Part shown: positions 37,049 through 46,648 of the stretch, in pieces
Position numbering within the stretch: position 1 is the stretch's first letter
How the letters are laid out: each line of letters opens with the position of its first letter
DNA from: Candidatus Wolfebacteria bacterium GW2011_GWB1_47_1
GTDB lineage: Bacteria; Patescibacteriota; Minisyncoccia; UBA6257; UBA9933
Direction of reading: 5' to 3'
Length of the DNA stretch: 64,000 nucleotides
Assembly: GCA_001029635.1 (NCBI GenBank)
Contig: CP011209.1
Location: 683,969 to 747,968 of the forward strand
The notes under the pieces: model-generated
Seen by the model: the letters and a program-made list of their open reading frames with translations, nothing else
Databases searched by the model: none
What the model was told of the DNA's origin: nothing
Program-made: the position numbers and the translations under genes

Positions 37049-37941
37049 CAAAGATATACGCATACAAGACCAACTAATATAACTGCGATCGCGCTGAGCT
37101 TAAGCAATAGCGTCCCCCGCTTAATATCTTCCCGAATAATCTCCGGGAACCAAATCGACATCACCACCCCCGTTATCAGAGCGAATAATGGCTGGATACC
37201 CCCAACGACCGATACCAGCGCAGTCGGCCCGATCAATGTCGCATAAAACAACAACCCACGCGCAGCCAAGTACAACACCTCGTTTGTACCGACGATGCCC
37301 CATGTGCCGATCGACAAGGCCCGCAACCCGCTCCACATATTTATGCGTGCATAATAGCGCAATGCAACCGAACCCAACCCCGCACCGATCATCTCATACA
37401 CAAGCGCATCCCAAAAATTACCACCAATGGCAACCATTTTGAATAATACCGCAACGGGCGCCCAAAGCATGATGGAGAGCAGCACATACCAGAATGATCT
37501 TCTTATTCGAAATAACTCCTGTGATGGTCGTTCTACGGCCAATGATAATCCTCCTCCTATAATCAATACAAATCCAATCAGCTGATCACGAGTTAATCGC
37601 TCGTCAAGGAGCAGATAGGATAATCCTAATACCACAACGGGGATCAGCTGAAAAAACGGCACCACGCGCGATGTATCATCGATCTTGATTGCCTTGTACC
37701 ACGGAACCAATGCAATAATGGACACAAATCCGCTCAAGAGCAGAATACCTGCATCTCCCCATCCGAGCACTGATAATCCTCTCATCCCAATGATTATCCC
37801 GGCGGCGATGACTGCGGCTATTCCTCCGATGATACTCACAAAAAACGGGTCTTTGATCCGCTTTTCTACCAAAAATCGATCTATAAAATTTGTCATTCCA
37901 AACAGGAACGATGCGGTGAGCGCAATAATAAGCCAGGACAT
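37048..37941 (-). CDS. EamA/DMT family transporter
   Basis: About 10 TM helices; SRVVP.FQL.P and L.ERL...Q.IG; likely start MSWL. Confidence 0.85.
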   Translation of the reverse strand: MSWLIIALTASFLFGMTNFIDRFLVEKRIKDPFFVSIIGGIAAVIAAGIIIGMRGLSVLGWGDAGILLLSGFVSIIALVPWYKAIKIDDTSRVVPFFQLIPVVVLGLSYLLLDERLTRDQLIGFVLIIGGGLSLAVERPSQELFRIRRSFWYVLLSIMLWAPVAVLFKMVAIGGNFWDALVYEMIGAGLGSVALRYYARINMWSGLRALSIGTWGIVGTNEVLYLAARGLLFYATLIGPTALVSVVGGIQPLFALITGVVMSIWFPEIIREDIKRGTLLLKLSAIAVILVGLVCVYL

Positions 37942-37991
37942 ATCGTATGTATATAATACTATCACACCGCCTAACTATTATCGACCAATAA

Positions 37992-38160
37992 ATGACGTCC
38001 TCCCCGCACTCCCTCCGGTCGTACGGGGTTTCCTCCGCTCCACTACTCGCGCTGCTGCGCGCTAACGAAAAATGCAGTAGCACTTTTCACATTCATCCCC
38101 CGCGCTCCCATCCTCTACTCTTTCCACGACGGAATGAATCGTGCGGGGTTTCCTGGTAAG
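37992..38160 (-). mobile_element. Non-autonomous IS200/IS605-end-like remnant (PATE-like)
   Basis: Two related hairpins in direct orientation, GGAAACCCCGCACG...GCGGGGGATGAAT and GGAAACCCCGTACG...GCGGGGAGGACGTCA; no transposase nearby. Confidence 0.5.
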
Positions 38161-38216
38161 GTAGTAAAAAAAGGCCCATAATAGGGCCTCTAGAGTTTCT
38201 ACCTAAAACATCATGG

Positions 38217-38600
38217 CTAAGAAAGTGCGTCATACTGGATCGCAAGGCGCTTGGTCTTGTCCTGCATTTCGGGACGAAGGCCTTCTTCTGTGGTGTATAC
38301 CGGGCATGGCATGCATCCGAATGCGCGCTCGAACAAGATCCACTGCCCCGTAATCCTGAGAAGCACCGCCAGCATGCACGTCGGATCACCGATCAACGCC
38401 CTACTGATTTCCTCGAAATGCTGCTCCTCTTCGGGCTCGAATACGAGCCACCATACCTTCTTCCTGCTTTCTGCATAGAATGTGGCGCCCAACTCCATGA
38501 TCTGTTCGGCAAACGGCCTCCCGCTACACATCTCATCGAAGCTCTTATATTGCGCCTTTCCTCCCTCTCTTGCTTCCGGATTGAACGCCCATATCTCCAT
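38217..38600 (-). CDS. Hypothetical protein
   Basis: GGAAGGAGG precedes the ATG at 38600. Confidence 0.65.
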   Translation of the reverse strand: MEIWAFNPEAREGGKAQYKSFDEMCSGRPFAEQIMELGATFYAESRKKVWWLVFEPEEEQHFEEISRALIGDPTCMLAVLLRITGQWILFERAFGCMPCPVYTTEEGLRPEMQDKTKRLAIQYDALS

Positions 38601-38653
38601 ATATACCTCCTTCCCTATTGGTATCGTGCTAAATATTAAATATCGCTTTTGTA

Positions 38654-39418
38654 CTACTTTGTCAATTTTATTTCCGCTCCTACCGGGCAATGATCTGATC
38701 CTTTTATACCGGGCAATATGAATGCTTTCTGTATGTTCTTACCTAACTTTTTTGAAGCAATCATATAATCAATGCGCCATCCAAGATTCCGCTCCCGAGC
38801 ATTTGCAAAATAGGGCCACCAGGAATAATTCCCTCCCTCTTTATTGAATATTCGAAAGGTGTCCACAAATTCTAGCTTGATCAGGCGATCCAACTTCCCC
38901 CGCTCTTCTGGTGTGAACATGGTGTTATTCATATTTTGCTTCGGCCGGGCAAGATCCAATTCCGTATGCGCAATATTGAGATCGCCGATCACGATCACCT
39001 TTTTATTTTTCAACTTTGCCAGATATTCTAGTAACGCATCGTACACCTCTAATTTATATTGCATATTCCGCTTATCGCGCGCACCTTGCGGCATATATAA
39101 TGCGATCACAATAAACTCGGCGTAATCAAGCCGTAAAAATCTCCCCTCTTCATCGAATCGCTTTATCCCCAGTATCGTTGTTACCTCTTTAGGAGCCTGT
39201 CGCGTATACACTGCCACGCCCGCATATCCCTTTCGTGATCCGGTATTATAATACGCCTCGTATCCATTTATCATCCTTATCTCCTCAGGTATCTGTCCCT
39301 CCTGAATCTTGATCTCTTGCAGACACACAATATCCGCCTTTTCCTTTTTAAACCAATCCAAAAATCCCTTCCGATATACCGAACGCAGCCCATTCACATT
39401 CCATGACACGATCTTCAT
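38654..39418 (-). CDS. xth: Exodeoxyribonuclease III
   Basis: SWNVNGLR, CLQEIK, GYAGVA, GDLNIAH, GWRIDY, GSDHCP. Confidence 0.96.
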   Translation of the reverse strand: MKIVSWNVNGLRSVYRKGFLDWFKKEKADIVCLQEIKIQEGQIPEEIRMINGYEAYYNTGSRKGYAGVAVYTRQAPKEVTTILGIKRFDEEGRFLRLDYAEFIVIALYMPQGARDKRNMQYKLEVYDALLEYLAKLKNKKVIVIGDLNIAHTELDLARPKQNMNNTMFTPEERGKLDRLIKLEFVDTFRIFNKEGGNYSWWPYFANARERNLGWRIDYMIASKKLGKNIQKAFILPGIKGSDHCPVGAEIKLTK

Positions 39419-39457
39419 ATACCCATTAAACCAACAAATCTTTGCGCCGTCTACCAC

Positions 39458-39486
39458 AAAAAAAGAAGTCCGAAGACTTCTTTTTT
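39458..39486. terminator. Intrinsic terminator
   Basis: AAAAAAAGAAGTC-CGAA-GACTTCTTTTTT. Confidence 0.75.
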
Positions 39487-39495
39487 GATCTTTAA

Positions 39496-41028
39496 TCAGT
39501 ACGCAGATTGTGCAAGCGTTTGAAACATCGCTTCCGTTGATGTCGAGGTGTTCCCCGCGGCATCCCCGGACGATACGACATAATAATATGTCGTACTCGA
39601 AGTAAGTCCACTCAATAAGAAATCATGATCGAATAGAGGTGTCTCATTGCTTGCTGATGGAGCCACCGTGGTAACCACTGGTGTCGAAGTGCTGTACCAC
39701 AACTTGCCGGTTGCCTGTTCATTTGTAGTCCATACAATACGCGAAGCCGAACTTGTCGTGCTTGTCGCAGCAATCCCGGAAATAGCCGGTGCGGTCGTAT
39801 CGAGTATTGCGGCCGTTATGAACGAGTACTGGCTCGATGTTGCCGTGTTGCCCGCACCATCGGCCGACACTACCATGTAATAATACGTGGTATTTGCCGA
39901 CAAGCCCGAAAGGGTCAAATCATGCCCCGATACCAATGCCGAAGAACTCGACGATACTCCGTTTGCGGTCGTAACCGGTGTAGAGGTACCGTACCAGGCG
40001 ACGCTTGTTGCCGGTTCGTTGGTTGTCCACTGCACATGCGATCCGTTGGCGGTCGTGCTCGCCGTCAATACATTCGAAATAATCGGCGTGGTCGTATCCG
40101 GTATCAACAATGTCGTAAACGAACGCTGACTCGACGTTGCCGTATTTCCTTTGACATCAGCCGATGCCACAATATAGTAATAGGTCGTACTTGCGGAAAG
40201 CCCCGAGAGTACCAACTCGTGATCGCGAACTAGCGTCGTGGAACTTATCGTCAACCCGTTTCCGATGGAAACCGAGGTTGCCGTTCCATACCAGATGACG
40301 CTTGTTGCCGGTTCGTTGGTTTCCCATTCGATTTTCACACTGTTTGCTGCTATGTTTTTTATTTCCACATCGGAAATCTTCGGAGCGGTTGTATCAGGAG
40401 TTGTCGTCGCCAACCCAAGCTTCGCCGCTATCCCCGGTGGCAACGTCTGGCATACCGATACGATCGGTGCCACTCCTTCCATCTTGCGCAGCCATCCCGG
40501 CGCGATCAGATGTCCTGGTGGCACGATTGCACAAATGGTCTTGACTCCATTTCTTGTTTCCACGGTGACCGGATTCTTCTCGAGTTGTTCCCGAATCTTC
40601 TCGAGTGTTTTTGGTCCAACGTTTCCAACCTGGTCCAGTTTATACAATTTCTGGAACCGTTTCACCGCTTGCGCGGTCAACTTCCCGTAGTAGCCGGTGA
40701 TGCGACCCTCAGGGTAAACACTTACATCTGCTGCCAAAATAGCCTGAAGCAGTTTTACATCATCTCCCGATGATCCTTCCCTTAATTGTTTAATGAGCTT
40801 TAACGTATCCTGCACATCACCTGTCGTTGTTACAACCTGCTGCTGCGCCTGGCGCAATACCTGTAACTGCGCATTTAAACTTTCGATCTGCTTTTGCAAA
40901 TTCTGAATCAACGCCTGCAATGCCATGGCCGGTGTGGTCGTCGCCGTTTGCGCAGACACAACGAACACATTTCCAAATATGAGCCCGACGACCACTATGG
41001 CCGTCAAAGAACGTTTCATGTTTTTCAT
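39496..41028 (-). CDS. Secreted peptidoglycan-binding protein with three FN3-like domains
   Basis: L..GSSGDDVK.LQ..L...TGYYG.LT..AVKRFQ; three W.TNE.A...H...LSGL...TTYYY repeats. Confidence 0.85.
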   Translation of the reverse strand: MKNMKRSLTAIVVVGLIFGNVFVVSAQTATTTPAMALQALIQNLQKQIESLNAQLQVLRQAQQQVVTTTGDVQDTLKLIKQLREGSSGDDVKLLQAILAADVSVYPEGRITGYYGKLTAQAVKRFQKLYKLDQVGNVGPKTLEKIREQLEKNPVTVETRNGVKTICAIVPPGHLIAPGWLRKMEGVAPIVSVCQTLPPGIAAKLGLATTTPDTTAPKISDVEIKNIAANSVKIEWETNEPATSVIWYGTATSVSIGNGLTISSTTLVRDHELVLSGLSASTTYYYIVASADVKGNTATSSQRSFTTLLIPDTTTPIISNVLTASTTANGSHVQWTTNEPATSVAWYGTSTPVTTANGVSSSSSALVSGHDLTLSGLSANTTYYYMVVSADGAGNTATSSQYSFITAAILDTTAPAISGIAATSTTSSASRIVWTTNEQATGKLWYSTSTPVVTTVAPSASNETPLFDHDFLLSGLTSSTTYYYVVSSGDAAGNTSTSTEAMFQTLAQSAY

Positions 41029-41104
41029 AGTTATGTTATGTTAATTTTCAATTATATATACGATTTGTTTATTTTTTTGTTACATAACGACCTTTTATAT
41101 GTGA

Positions 41105-41482
41105 TTATCCTCCTTCTTTCTTTAGTTCGAGGCATGCCGAATTAATACAAAACCGTCTTCCCCCCTTTTCCAGTGGTCCATCATTGAATACATGCCCCAA
41201 ATGTGCCCCGCATTTCTTACAGACGACCTCCGTTCTATCTATTCCTATACTTGGGTCATTCCGCAATTCAATGTGCTCGAGATTCATCGGTTCGGTAAAA
41301 CTCGGCCATCCCGTCCCGGAGTCAAACTTAGTGTCGGACGAAAACAGCTCCGTACCGCATACCGCACATCGATATATCCCTTTTTCGTGCGTATCCCAAT
41401 ACTTTCCGGAGAAGGGTGCCTCCGTACCCTTTTCCCGGGCAATATGGTACAACTCGGGAGATAATTCTTCGTCTTTTTTCAT
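41105..41482 (-). CDS. msrB: Methionine-R-sulfoxide reductase
   Basis: GTEAPFSG, KFDSGTGWPSF, RTEV.C..CGAHLGHVF.DGP, RFCINS. Confidence 0.96.
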   Translation of the reverse strand: MKKDEELSPELYHIAREKGTEAPFSGKYWDTHEKGIYRCAVCGTELFSSDTKFDSGTGWPSFTEPMNLEHIELRNDPSIGIDRTEVVCKKCGAHLGHVFNDGPLEKGGRRFCINSACLELKKEGG

Positions 41483-42030
41483 AGTTCTTTTTTATGCGAT
41501 TGAAGCAGTTCGGCAAACTGCTTTTGTAATTTTTCAAGCTTCGGATCAATGATCGCCCGACAATACGGCATATCCTTATGATTCTCATAATACCGTTGAT
41601 GATAATCTTCCGCCTTATAAAATACTTCGAATGGTCGTATTTCCGTTACGATCGGATCATTGAACGAGCCTTGTAGCGCGCTAATATATTCTTCTGCCTG
41701 CGCACGTTGCGCATCCGTGGTATATAAGATCACTGACCGATATTGGGAACCAACGTCATTCCCTTGTCGATTCAATGTCGTTGGGTCATGTGTCGCAAAA
41801 AATACCGTCAAAAGATCCTTAAACATTACTTGTCCCGGGTCAAATTCTAATTGCGTCACCTCTGCATGCCCCGTTTCTCCCGTGCTCACTTCTTCATACG
41901 AAGGATCTTCCATATGACCACCAGCATATCCTGGCACCGCCGAAACAATCCCTTTAAGACTCCCAAACACCGCTTCCGTGCACCAGAAGCATCCTCCTCC
42001 AAATACCGCTGTCTCTATTTTTTGTTCCAT
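41479..42030 (-). CDS. msrA: Methionine-S-sulfoxide reductase
   Basis: GGGCFWC.EA, GYAGG, TGHAE, HDPT..NRQGND.G.QYRS, AEDYHQ.Y. Confidence 0.96.
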   Translation of the reverse strand: MEQKIETAVFGGGCFWCTEAVFGSLKGIVSAVPGYAGGHMEDPSYEEVSTGETGHAEVTQLEFDPGQVMFKDLLTVFFATHDPTTLNRQGNDVGSQYRSVILYTTDAQRAQAEEYISALQGSFNDPIVTEIRPFEVFYKAEDYHQRYYENHKDMPYCRAIIDPKLEKLQKQFAELLQSHKKEL

Positions 42031-42070
42031 GTACAAGTGTTTCTTGTTATGTTATCAACTATTACATCAC

Positions 42071-43291
42071 TTATCCGAATGTGAATGTATACGCCTCCAA
42101 CCCTGGACCTTGTACCTCCATTTCGAGGACATGTTCGCCATAGGTTGTGCCATTAACCAATTCATACAACCTATCCTCTTTTACCCGTACCACACCATCA
42201 GCGCCGACATCCTTACCCGCATCGATACCTAACAGCTCTCCGTCGCGAGTTATTTTTATTACTACGTCACTATCAGCACGCGCGACAAAATAAACATTCT
42301 TTGCACTATACCGATATATGATCGTAGCACCGCTACTTTCGGTTCGCGCAAACTCATCATCAAAATACCATGAACCACCCAAATACAACCTATTCAAAAC
42401 TGAGTCTTCAGGAGTATCTAATATCTGCAATCCTCTTAAACCCTCTTTGCCGTTTTTCAGACTCGCATTACGCGCCGCGCCAAAATAAACTTCCGGACTC
42501 TTAACTCCGGACATATTCATGGTCACGGCTTCCTTTGGGGCTACTACCCCTCCCGCAATTGAGTCACTCATATCAAACGCATCCTGTCGCTCCTTAAGTG
42601 CCTTTTGGATGACCCGCTCTGTCCCATCATAATCACCTTCGCCAATATGGTCATATACGATAAACCCATCGATATCGATCAAGTACTTCCTTGGCCAAAA
42701 TCGATTGGCGTAGGCGTTCCATGTTCCATATTCGTTATCTTGTACCACTGGATATTGTATACCCGCATTCCTCGTTGCTTTTACGACATTTTCATACATC
42801 TTTTCAAATCCAAATTCGGGTGTATGCACGCCAACGATGACCAATCCTTGATCCTTATATTTTTCATACCACGCGTTGAGATATGGTGTGGTTCGCTGGC
42901 AATTAATGCAACTATACGTCCAAAAATCAATCAGAATCACTTTCTTTCCTGCAAAATCCGCAAGCCTAAACGAGTCTCCATTAATAAATCCCCCTGGGTT
43001 TACCAATTCTTTTAGCCTGTCAAACTTCAGCGCCTTTTCTTTTTGGATTGACGAGCGATCTATGGACCGTGTTGGTTCCTGCGCCTGAAGGCCACTCACC
43101 GTAACTGTTTTTGTTGCATTCTGTTGAGGTTTTTCATCTGTTATTGTCGATACCGTAAGTATCGCCGGAACCTGAATCTCGGTACCCGTCGTACCTATCC
43201 GCTTCGGCTTCTGTAGCTCGAAATATCCGATTGCCACCACTATCATCGCAACTACCAGAACTAATACTGTTTTTCTGATATTGTCCTGCAT
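42071..43291 (-). CDS. Membrane-anchored thioredoxin-like protein (DipZ C-terminal type)
   Basis: N-terminal TM; IDFWTYSCINC.RT.P, GVHTPEF.FE, WP.KYLID, GEG.Y, SPE.YFG, C-terminal AYTFTFG. Confidence 0.9.
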   Translation of the reverse strand: MQDNIRKTVLVLVVAMIVVAIGYFELQKPKRIGTTGTEIQVPAILTVSTITDEKPQQNATKTVTVSGLQAQEPTRSIDRSSIQKEKALKFDRLKELVNPGGFINGDSFRLADFAGKKVILIDFWTYSCINCQRTTPYLNAWYEKYKDQGLVIVGVHTPEFGFEKMYENVVKATRNAGIQYPVVQDNEYGTWNAYANRFWPRKYLIDIDGFIVYDHIGEGDYDGTERVIQKALKERQDAFDMSDSIAGGVVAPKEAVTMNMSGVKSPEVYFGAARNASLKNGKEGLRGLQILDTPEDSVLNRLYLGGSWYFDDEFARTESSGATIIYRYSAKNVYFVARADSDVVIKITRDGELLGIDAGKDVGADGVVRVKEDRLYELVNGTTYGEHVLEMEVQGPGLEAYTFTFG

Positions 43292-43296
43292 ATTTT

Positions 43297-44058
43297 TTAT
43301 TCACGCGATGCGGTCGATGCAAGATACGAAAGAAACCCGGGAATCAACGGGAGAATACATGGGCTTAAGAACGAGACAAGGCCTGCAATGAACGCAATTC
43401 CTATGTTTAAAACGCTTAGTGAGCCAATATTTCCACCAACGCCGGTGCTAATATCAAGCGCAAGTAATACATTTGTCAGTACTTCAAAATTTGCGATTCT
43501 GCTTAATTGCCCGACGAAGATTAATACCCCCATACCAATCAGCAATACCCCGAATGCATATTGGATATATATAAGCCACCTTCCTGCCCGCTCGATCACG
43601 CCCTGTACCTGATCAGCAAATAACCCTACCATTAAAAATGGGATACCGATTCCAAACGTATACGCCATCAATAGAAAAAATGCACTTCCTGCCTGAGTTG
43701 TTGCAAGAACCAGAATTGCTCCCAGTGCCGCAGTCACGCATGGTGTCCACCCTGCGGCAAATGCAGCGCCGAACAAGAATGACGTTACCCAATATGATTT
43801 AAACTGACCAGCCACTTGCACCTTATGATCTCGCTGTAAAAATTTAGGTTTAAGCAACCCAACCAAAAAGAGTCCGAATAGAATGATAATAACCCCGCCA
43901 ACCCGCCCAAGCCAGACTTGAGCAGAATAGGACACGTTGGCCAATATGGTCTGCAACAATATGCCGACCAGAGAAAAAACCGTCGAGAATCCCAATACGA
44001 AAAAGACACTACTTAAGAATATTGTCCAATTCTTTTTTTGCTCTACCGCTTCATTCAT
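43297..44058 (-). CDS. ccdA: CcdA/DsbD-type transmembrane electron transporter, apparently circularly permuted
   Basis: FVLGFS.VF..G and GWTPC mid-protein; AGLVSFLSPCILPLIP..LSYL at the C-terminus. Confidence 0.85.
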   Translation of the reverse strand: MNEAVEQKKNWTIFLSSVFFVLGFSTVFSLVGILLQTILANVSYSAQVWLGRVGGVIIILFGLFLVGLLKPKFLQRDHKVQVAGQFKSYWVTSFLFGAAFAAGWTPCVTAALGAILVLATTQAGSAFFLLMAYTFGIGIPFLMVGLFADQVQGVIERAGRWLIYIQYAFGVLLIGMGVLIFVGQLSRIANFEVLTNVLLALDISTGVGGNIGSLSVLNIGIAFIAGLVSFLSPCILPLIPGFLSYLASTASRE

Positions 44059-44097
44059 ATAATACGGGCTAGCTATTAATTATATCCTCTCTCACTG

Positions 44098-44493
44098 TTA
44101 TTCCATTTTTAATTCCTTCCTGATCGCTCTTACGACATCTTCCAATCTCCATGTTGCCTTTATCAAAAAATAGGCAAAATCAGTCGGAGCATTCCGTCGC
44201 ACAATCTCATCATCCGGGTTCAGATTGGTTAAAATTATTGCCGGGACACTCTTCCCCCATTCGTCCTGACGCAATGTATTAAGCATCGTCAGCCCATCCA
44301 TCTCCGGCATTACAATGTCGAGCAAGATCAGATCAGGATGATCGGCAAATGCGCGCTCAAGCCCCGTGCGCCCGTTTTCTGCAGTGCTCACGATAAAACC
44401 TTCTCGAGTTAGCGTATCTTCCAGCGCATTCATCTCGGCTCTATCGTCTTCAACGACAAGAATCTTTTTATTGGTTCCCGCTTTCATTACCAT
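44098..44493 (-). CDS. Single-domain response regulator
   Basis: ILVVEDD, ILLDIVMPEMDG, ILTN, FLIK. Confidence 0.9.
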   Translation of the reverse strand: MVMKAGTNKKILVVEDDRAEMNALEDTLTREGFIVSTAENGRTGLERAFADHPDLILLDIVMPEMDGLTMLNTLRQDEWGKSVPAIILTNLNPDDEIVRRNAPTDFAYFLIKATWRLEDVVRAIRKELKME

Positions 44494-44574
44494 TAGTATA
44501 CCATATTACCCCACACATGCCTACGTCAATCAACAAGAAAAAAATCCTCGCTAAGAGGATCTTTTTCTATTTCT

Positions 44575-44973
44575 TTATTCGGTTGTAATACCATCGAATT
44601 CCGCTTCGTTTGCCTCCGCTTCCTCCTTGGTCACTCTCACAATTCCATCCTTGTGATGGGCTGGGGAATAGATCGTGTAGAGCTTCAGATCCTCCGTCTC
44701 AGATACGTTAATGATATTATGCTCCGCTCCCGCAGGAACAATAATCACTGAACCATCAGATAATGCATATTCATTGCCGTCGATGATACACTTCCCTTCT
44801 CCCTTTTCAAATCGGAAGAATTGATCATTCTCTTTATGCACCTCCATGCCGATCTCTTCCATTGGTTTAATACTCATCAATACCAACTGACAATACTTTC
44901 CGGTATACAATACCTTACGAAAATTTTCGTTTTCCAAGGTCTCCTTTTCGATATTTGCGTTAAATCCTTTCAT
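44575..44973 (-). CDS. Cupin domain protein
   Basis: NFRKVLYT...QLVLMS, EIG.EVH...DQFF, VPAG..HN, LYTIYSP.HH. Confidence 0.9.
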   Translation of the reverse strand: MKGFNANIEKETLENENFRKVLYTGKYCQLVLMSIKPMEEIGMEVHKENDQFFRFEKGEGKCIIDGNEYALSDGSVIIVPAGAEHNIINVSETEDLKLYTIYSPAHHKDGIVRVTKEEAEANEAEFDGITTE

Positions 44974-45048
44974 ATCCGTATATTTTTATTATTTTTATAT
45001 ATAACCCCACTACTATAGTAGTATAAAATGCCTCCTCCTGCCACTTGC

Positions 45049-45396
45049 TTAAATAAGCGGGAGCCCTGCTTTACTCCAATCATCCTTCCCCCCCTTATAG
45101 TCAACTACGTTCACGTATCCCATTGACTGTAGCAATCGCGTCGCTCCCGTCGAGGCAGTGCACAAAAAGTCCGAGCAATACACTACTATCAGTTTCTGTT
45201 TATCGGGCAATTGCGTCGGCGCCATGTCCTGAATCTTATCGACCGGAATATTAATTGCCATCGGCAGATGTCCCGCGTCATAGCTTTCCTTCGAAAGCAC
45301 TTCTACCAGGATAAAATCCTCCCGATTCTCTATCAGTTCGAATAACCCTTCTTTTGCGATGATTTTTATCTTTTGTCCATTCATATATGCAATCAT
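45049..45396 (-). CDS. Rhodanese-like protein
   Basis: Y..GHLP.AINIP, IVVYC....C..S, GY.NV.DY.GG..DW..AGLP. Confidence 0.88.
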   Translation of the reverse strand: MIAYMNGQKIKIIAKEGLFELIENREDFILVEVLSKESYDAGHLPMAINIPVDKIQDMAPTQLPDKQKLIVVYCSDFLCTASTGATRLLQSMGYVNVVDYKGGKDDWSKAGLPLI

Positions 45397-45932
45397 TGTT
45401 TTACCGCCTCCGCACTGATCGTAATATCAACCTCCCCGCCGACCATACTCGCTCCATCTCCCAACCCGGGTACATCCCAATTAAGTCCGAAATCATGGCG
45501 ATCGAGCGCCACCTTGCCGGTAAATCCTACTCTTATCTCAGTACCCCCCTTAAGTGAAGGAACTTCCTGCGGCTTGATATATCCCACTATAAGTACGATG
45601 GGTTTGGTAATATCACGGATTATCAGATCTCCCCTTACTGCGAATTCCTTTTCTCCGGTTTTATCGACCCCGGTCGTTTTAAACGTCGCCTCCGGAAACT
45701 GTTCGACATTAAAGAAATCTTTACTGCGCAAGTGATTGTCGCGCATTTCATTTCCCGTCCAAATACTCTGCATATCGATCGTAATCTCCGCAGAGCCTTG
45801 TTCAATACCTCCTTCGTCGAATATCGCCATACCTTGCACCTTACTAAATCTCCCTTTTACCCACGCAACACCCCAGTGCCGCACACTGAATTCAATAATA
45901 CAATGCGGTTCATCAAATTTCCATTGAGTCAT
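45393..45932 (-). CDS. YceI family protein
   Basis: W..D..H..I.F.VRH, V.GRF, RDNHLRS.DFF.V.QFP, G.L.IR..TK, DR.DFG. Confidence 0.92.
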   Translation of the reverse strand: MTQWKFDEPHCIIEFSVRHWGVAWVKGRFSKVQGMAIFDEGGIEQGSAEITIDMQSIWTGNEMRDNHLRSKDFFNVEQFPEATFKTTGVDKTGEKEFAVRGDLIIRDITKPIVLIVGYIKPQEVPSLKGGTEIRVGFTGKVALDRHDFGLNWDVPGLGDGASMVGGEVDITISAEAVKQ

Positions 45933-46019
45933 GTTTTTTGAGAATTATACTAATAGATTCATCAACCGACCCTCTCTATATATAGTATACCAAAAAAACA
46001 GCCCTCAAAGAATATTTCC

Positions 46020-46646
46020 TTATATTCGCTTAAATCCTCTTCGTAAGATAGTCAGCACCAGAGCAACAATGCCCACCGCAATGACTATCTGCCAATATAT
46101 CGGAATCACAATCGCATACGAAAAGAATAAAATAAATGGGATCATCCCCACTGTCGTTGCCACACAATAGGGAATAAACTTGATCGTTGAAAAGAGCCCT
46201 AGCGCATAGCTTAATATATCCACCGGAACAACCATGCGCAGTAGTAGCGTACTCGCAAATACATTCCTATGCCCCATGATTCCCTCAAGCTTCCCCATAC
46301 TCCTCGCATCCACCACCTTCCCAATAATCCTTCTGCCATATGTGCGCGCCAGTAAAAATGCAATACCTGCGCCTATACTCCACGCCACAAGCGTCACCAC
46401 CGCAGTCGTAAAGCTGCCCCAGATGGCTGCTGCAATTGGTACCAACGGCAACGAACTTACCGGGGCAATGACGATCGCGATAATCGCAACAAGTCCATAT
46501 GCGATCATGCCAACCGCCCGCTGATCCGTGGCGACTAATGTCTGCAACTGATCCGCATACTGCCGGGCATAATATTGCGCAACCACAAAAAATAACACTA
46601 CCGCCACAATCCCCATTAATTCTTTTTTTGTATAGGGTATGCGCAT
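46020..46646 (-). CDS. VTT/TVP38 (DedA superfamily) membrane protein
   Basis: GA.IAF.LAR.YG, LLR...P.DILSYALG, T.VG..P. Confidence 0.85.
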   Translation of the reverse strand: MRIPYTKKELMGIVAVVLFFVVAQYYARQYADQLQTLVATDQRAVGMIAYGLVAIIAIVIAPVSSLPLVPIAAAIWGSFTTAVVTLVAWSIGAGIAFLLARTYGRRIIGKVVDARSMGKLEGIMGHRNVFASTLLLRMVVPVDILSYALGLFSTIKFIPYCVATTVGMIPFILFFSYAIVIPIYWQIVIAVGIVALVLTILRRGFKRI

Positions 46647-46648
46647 GC

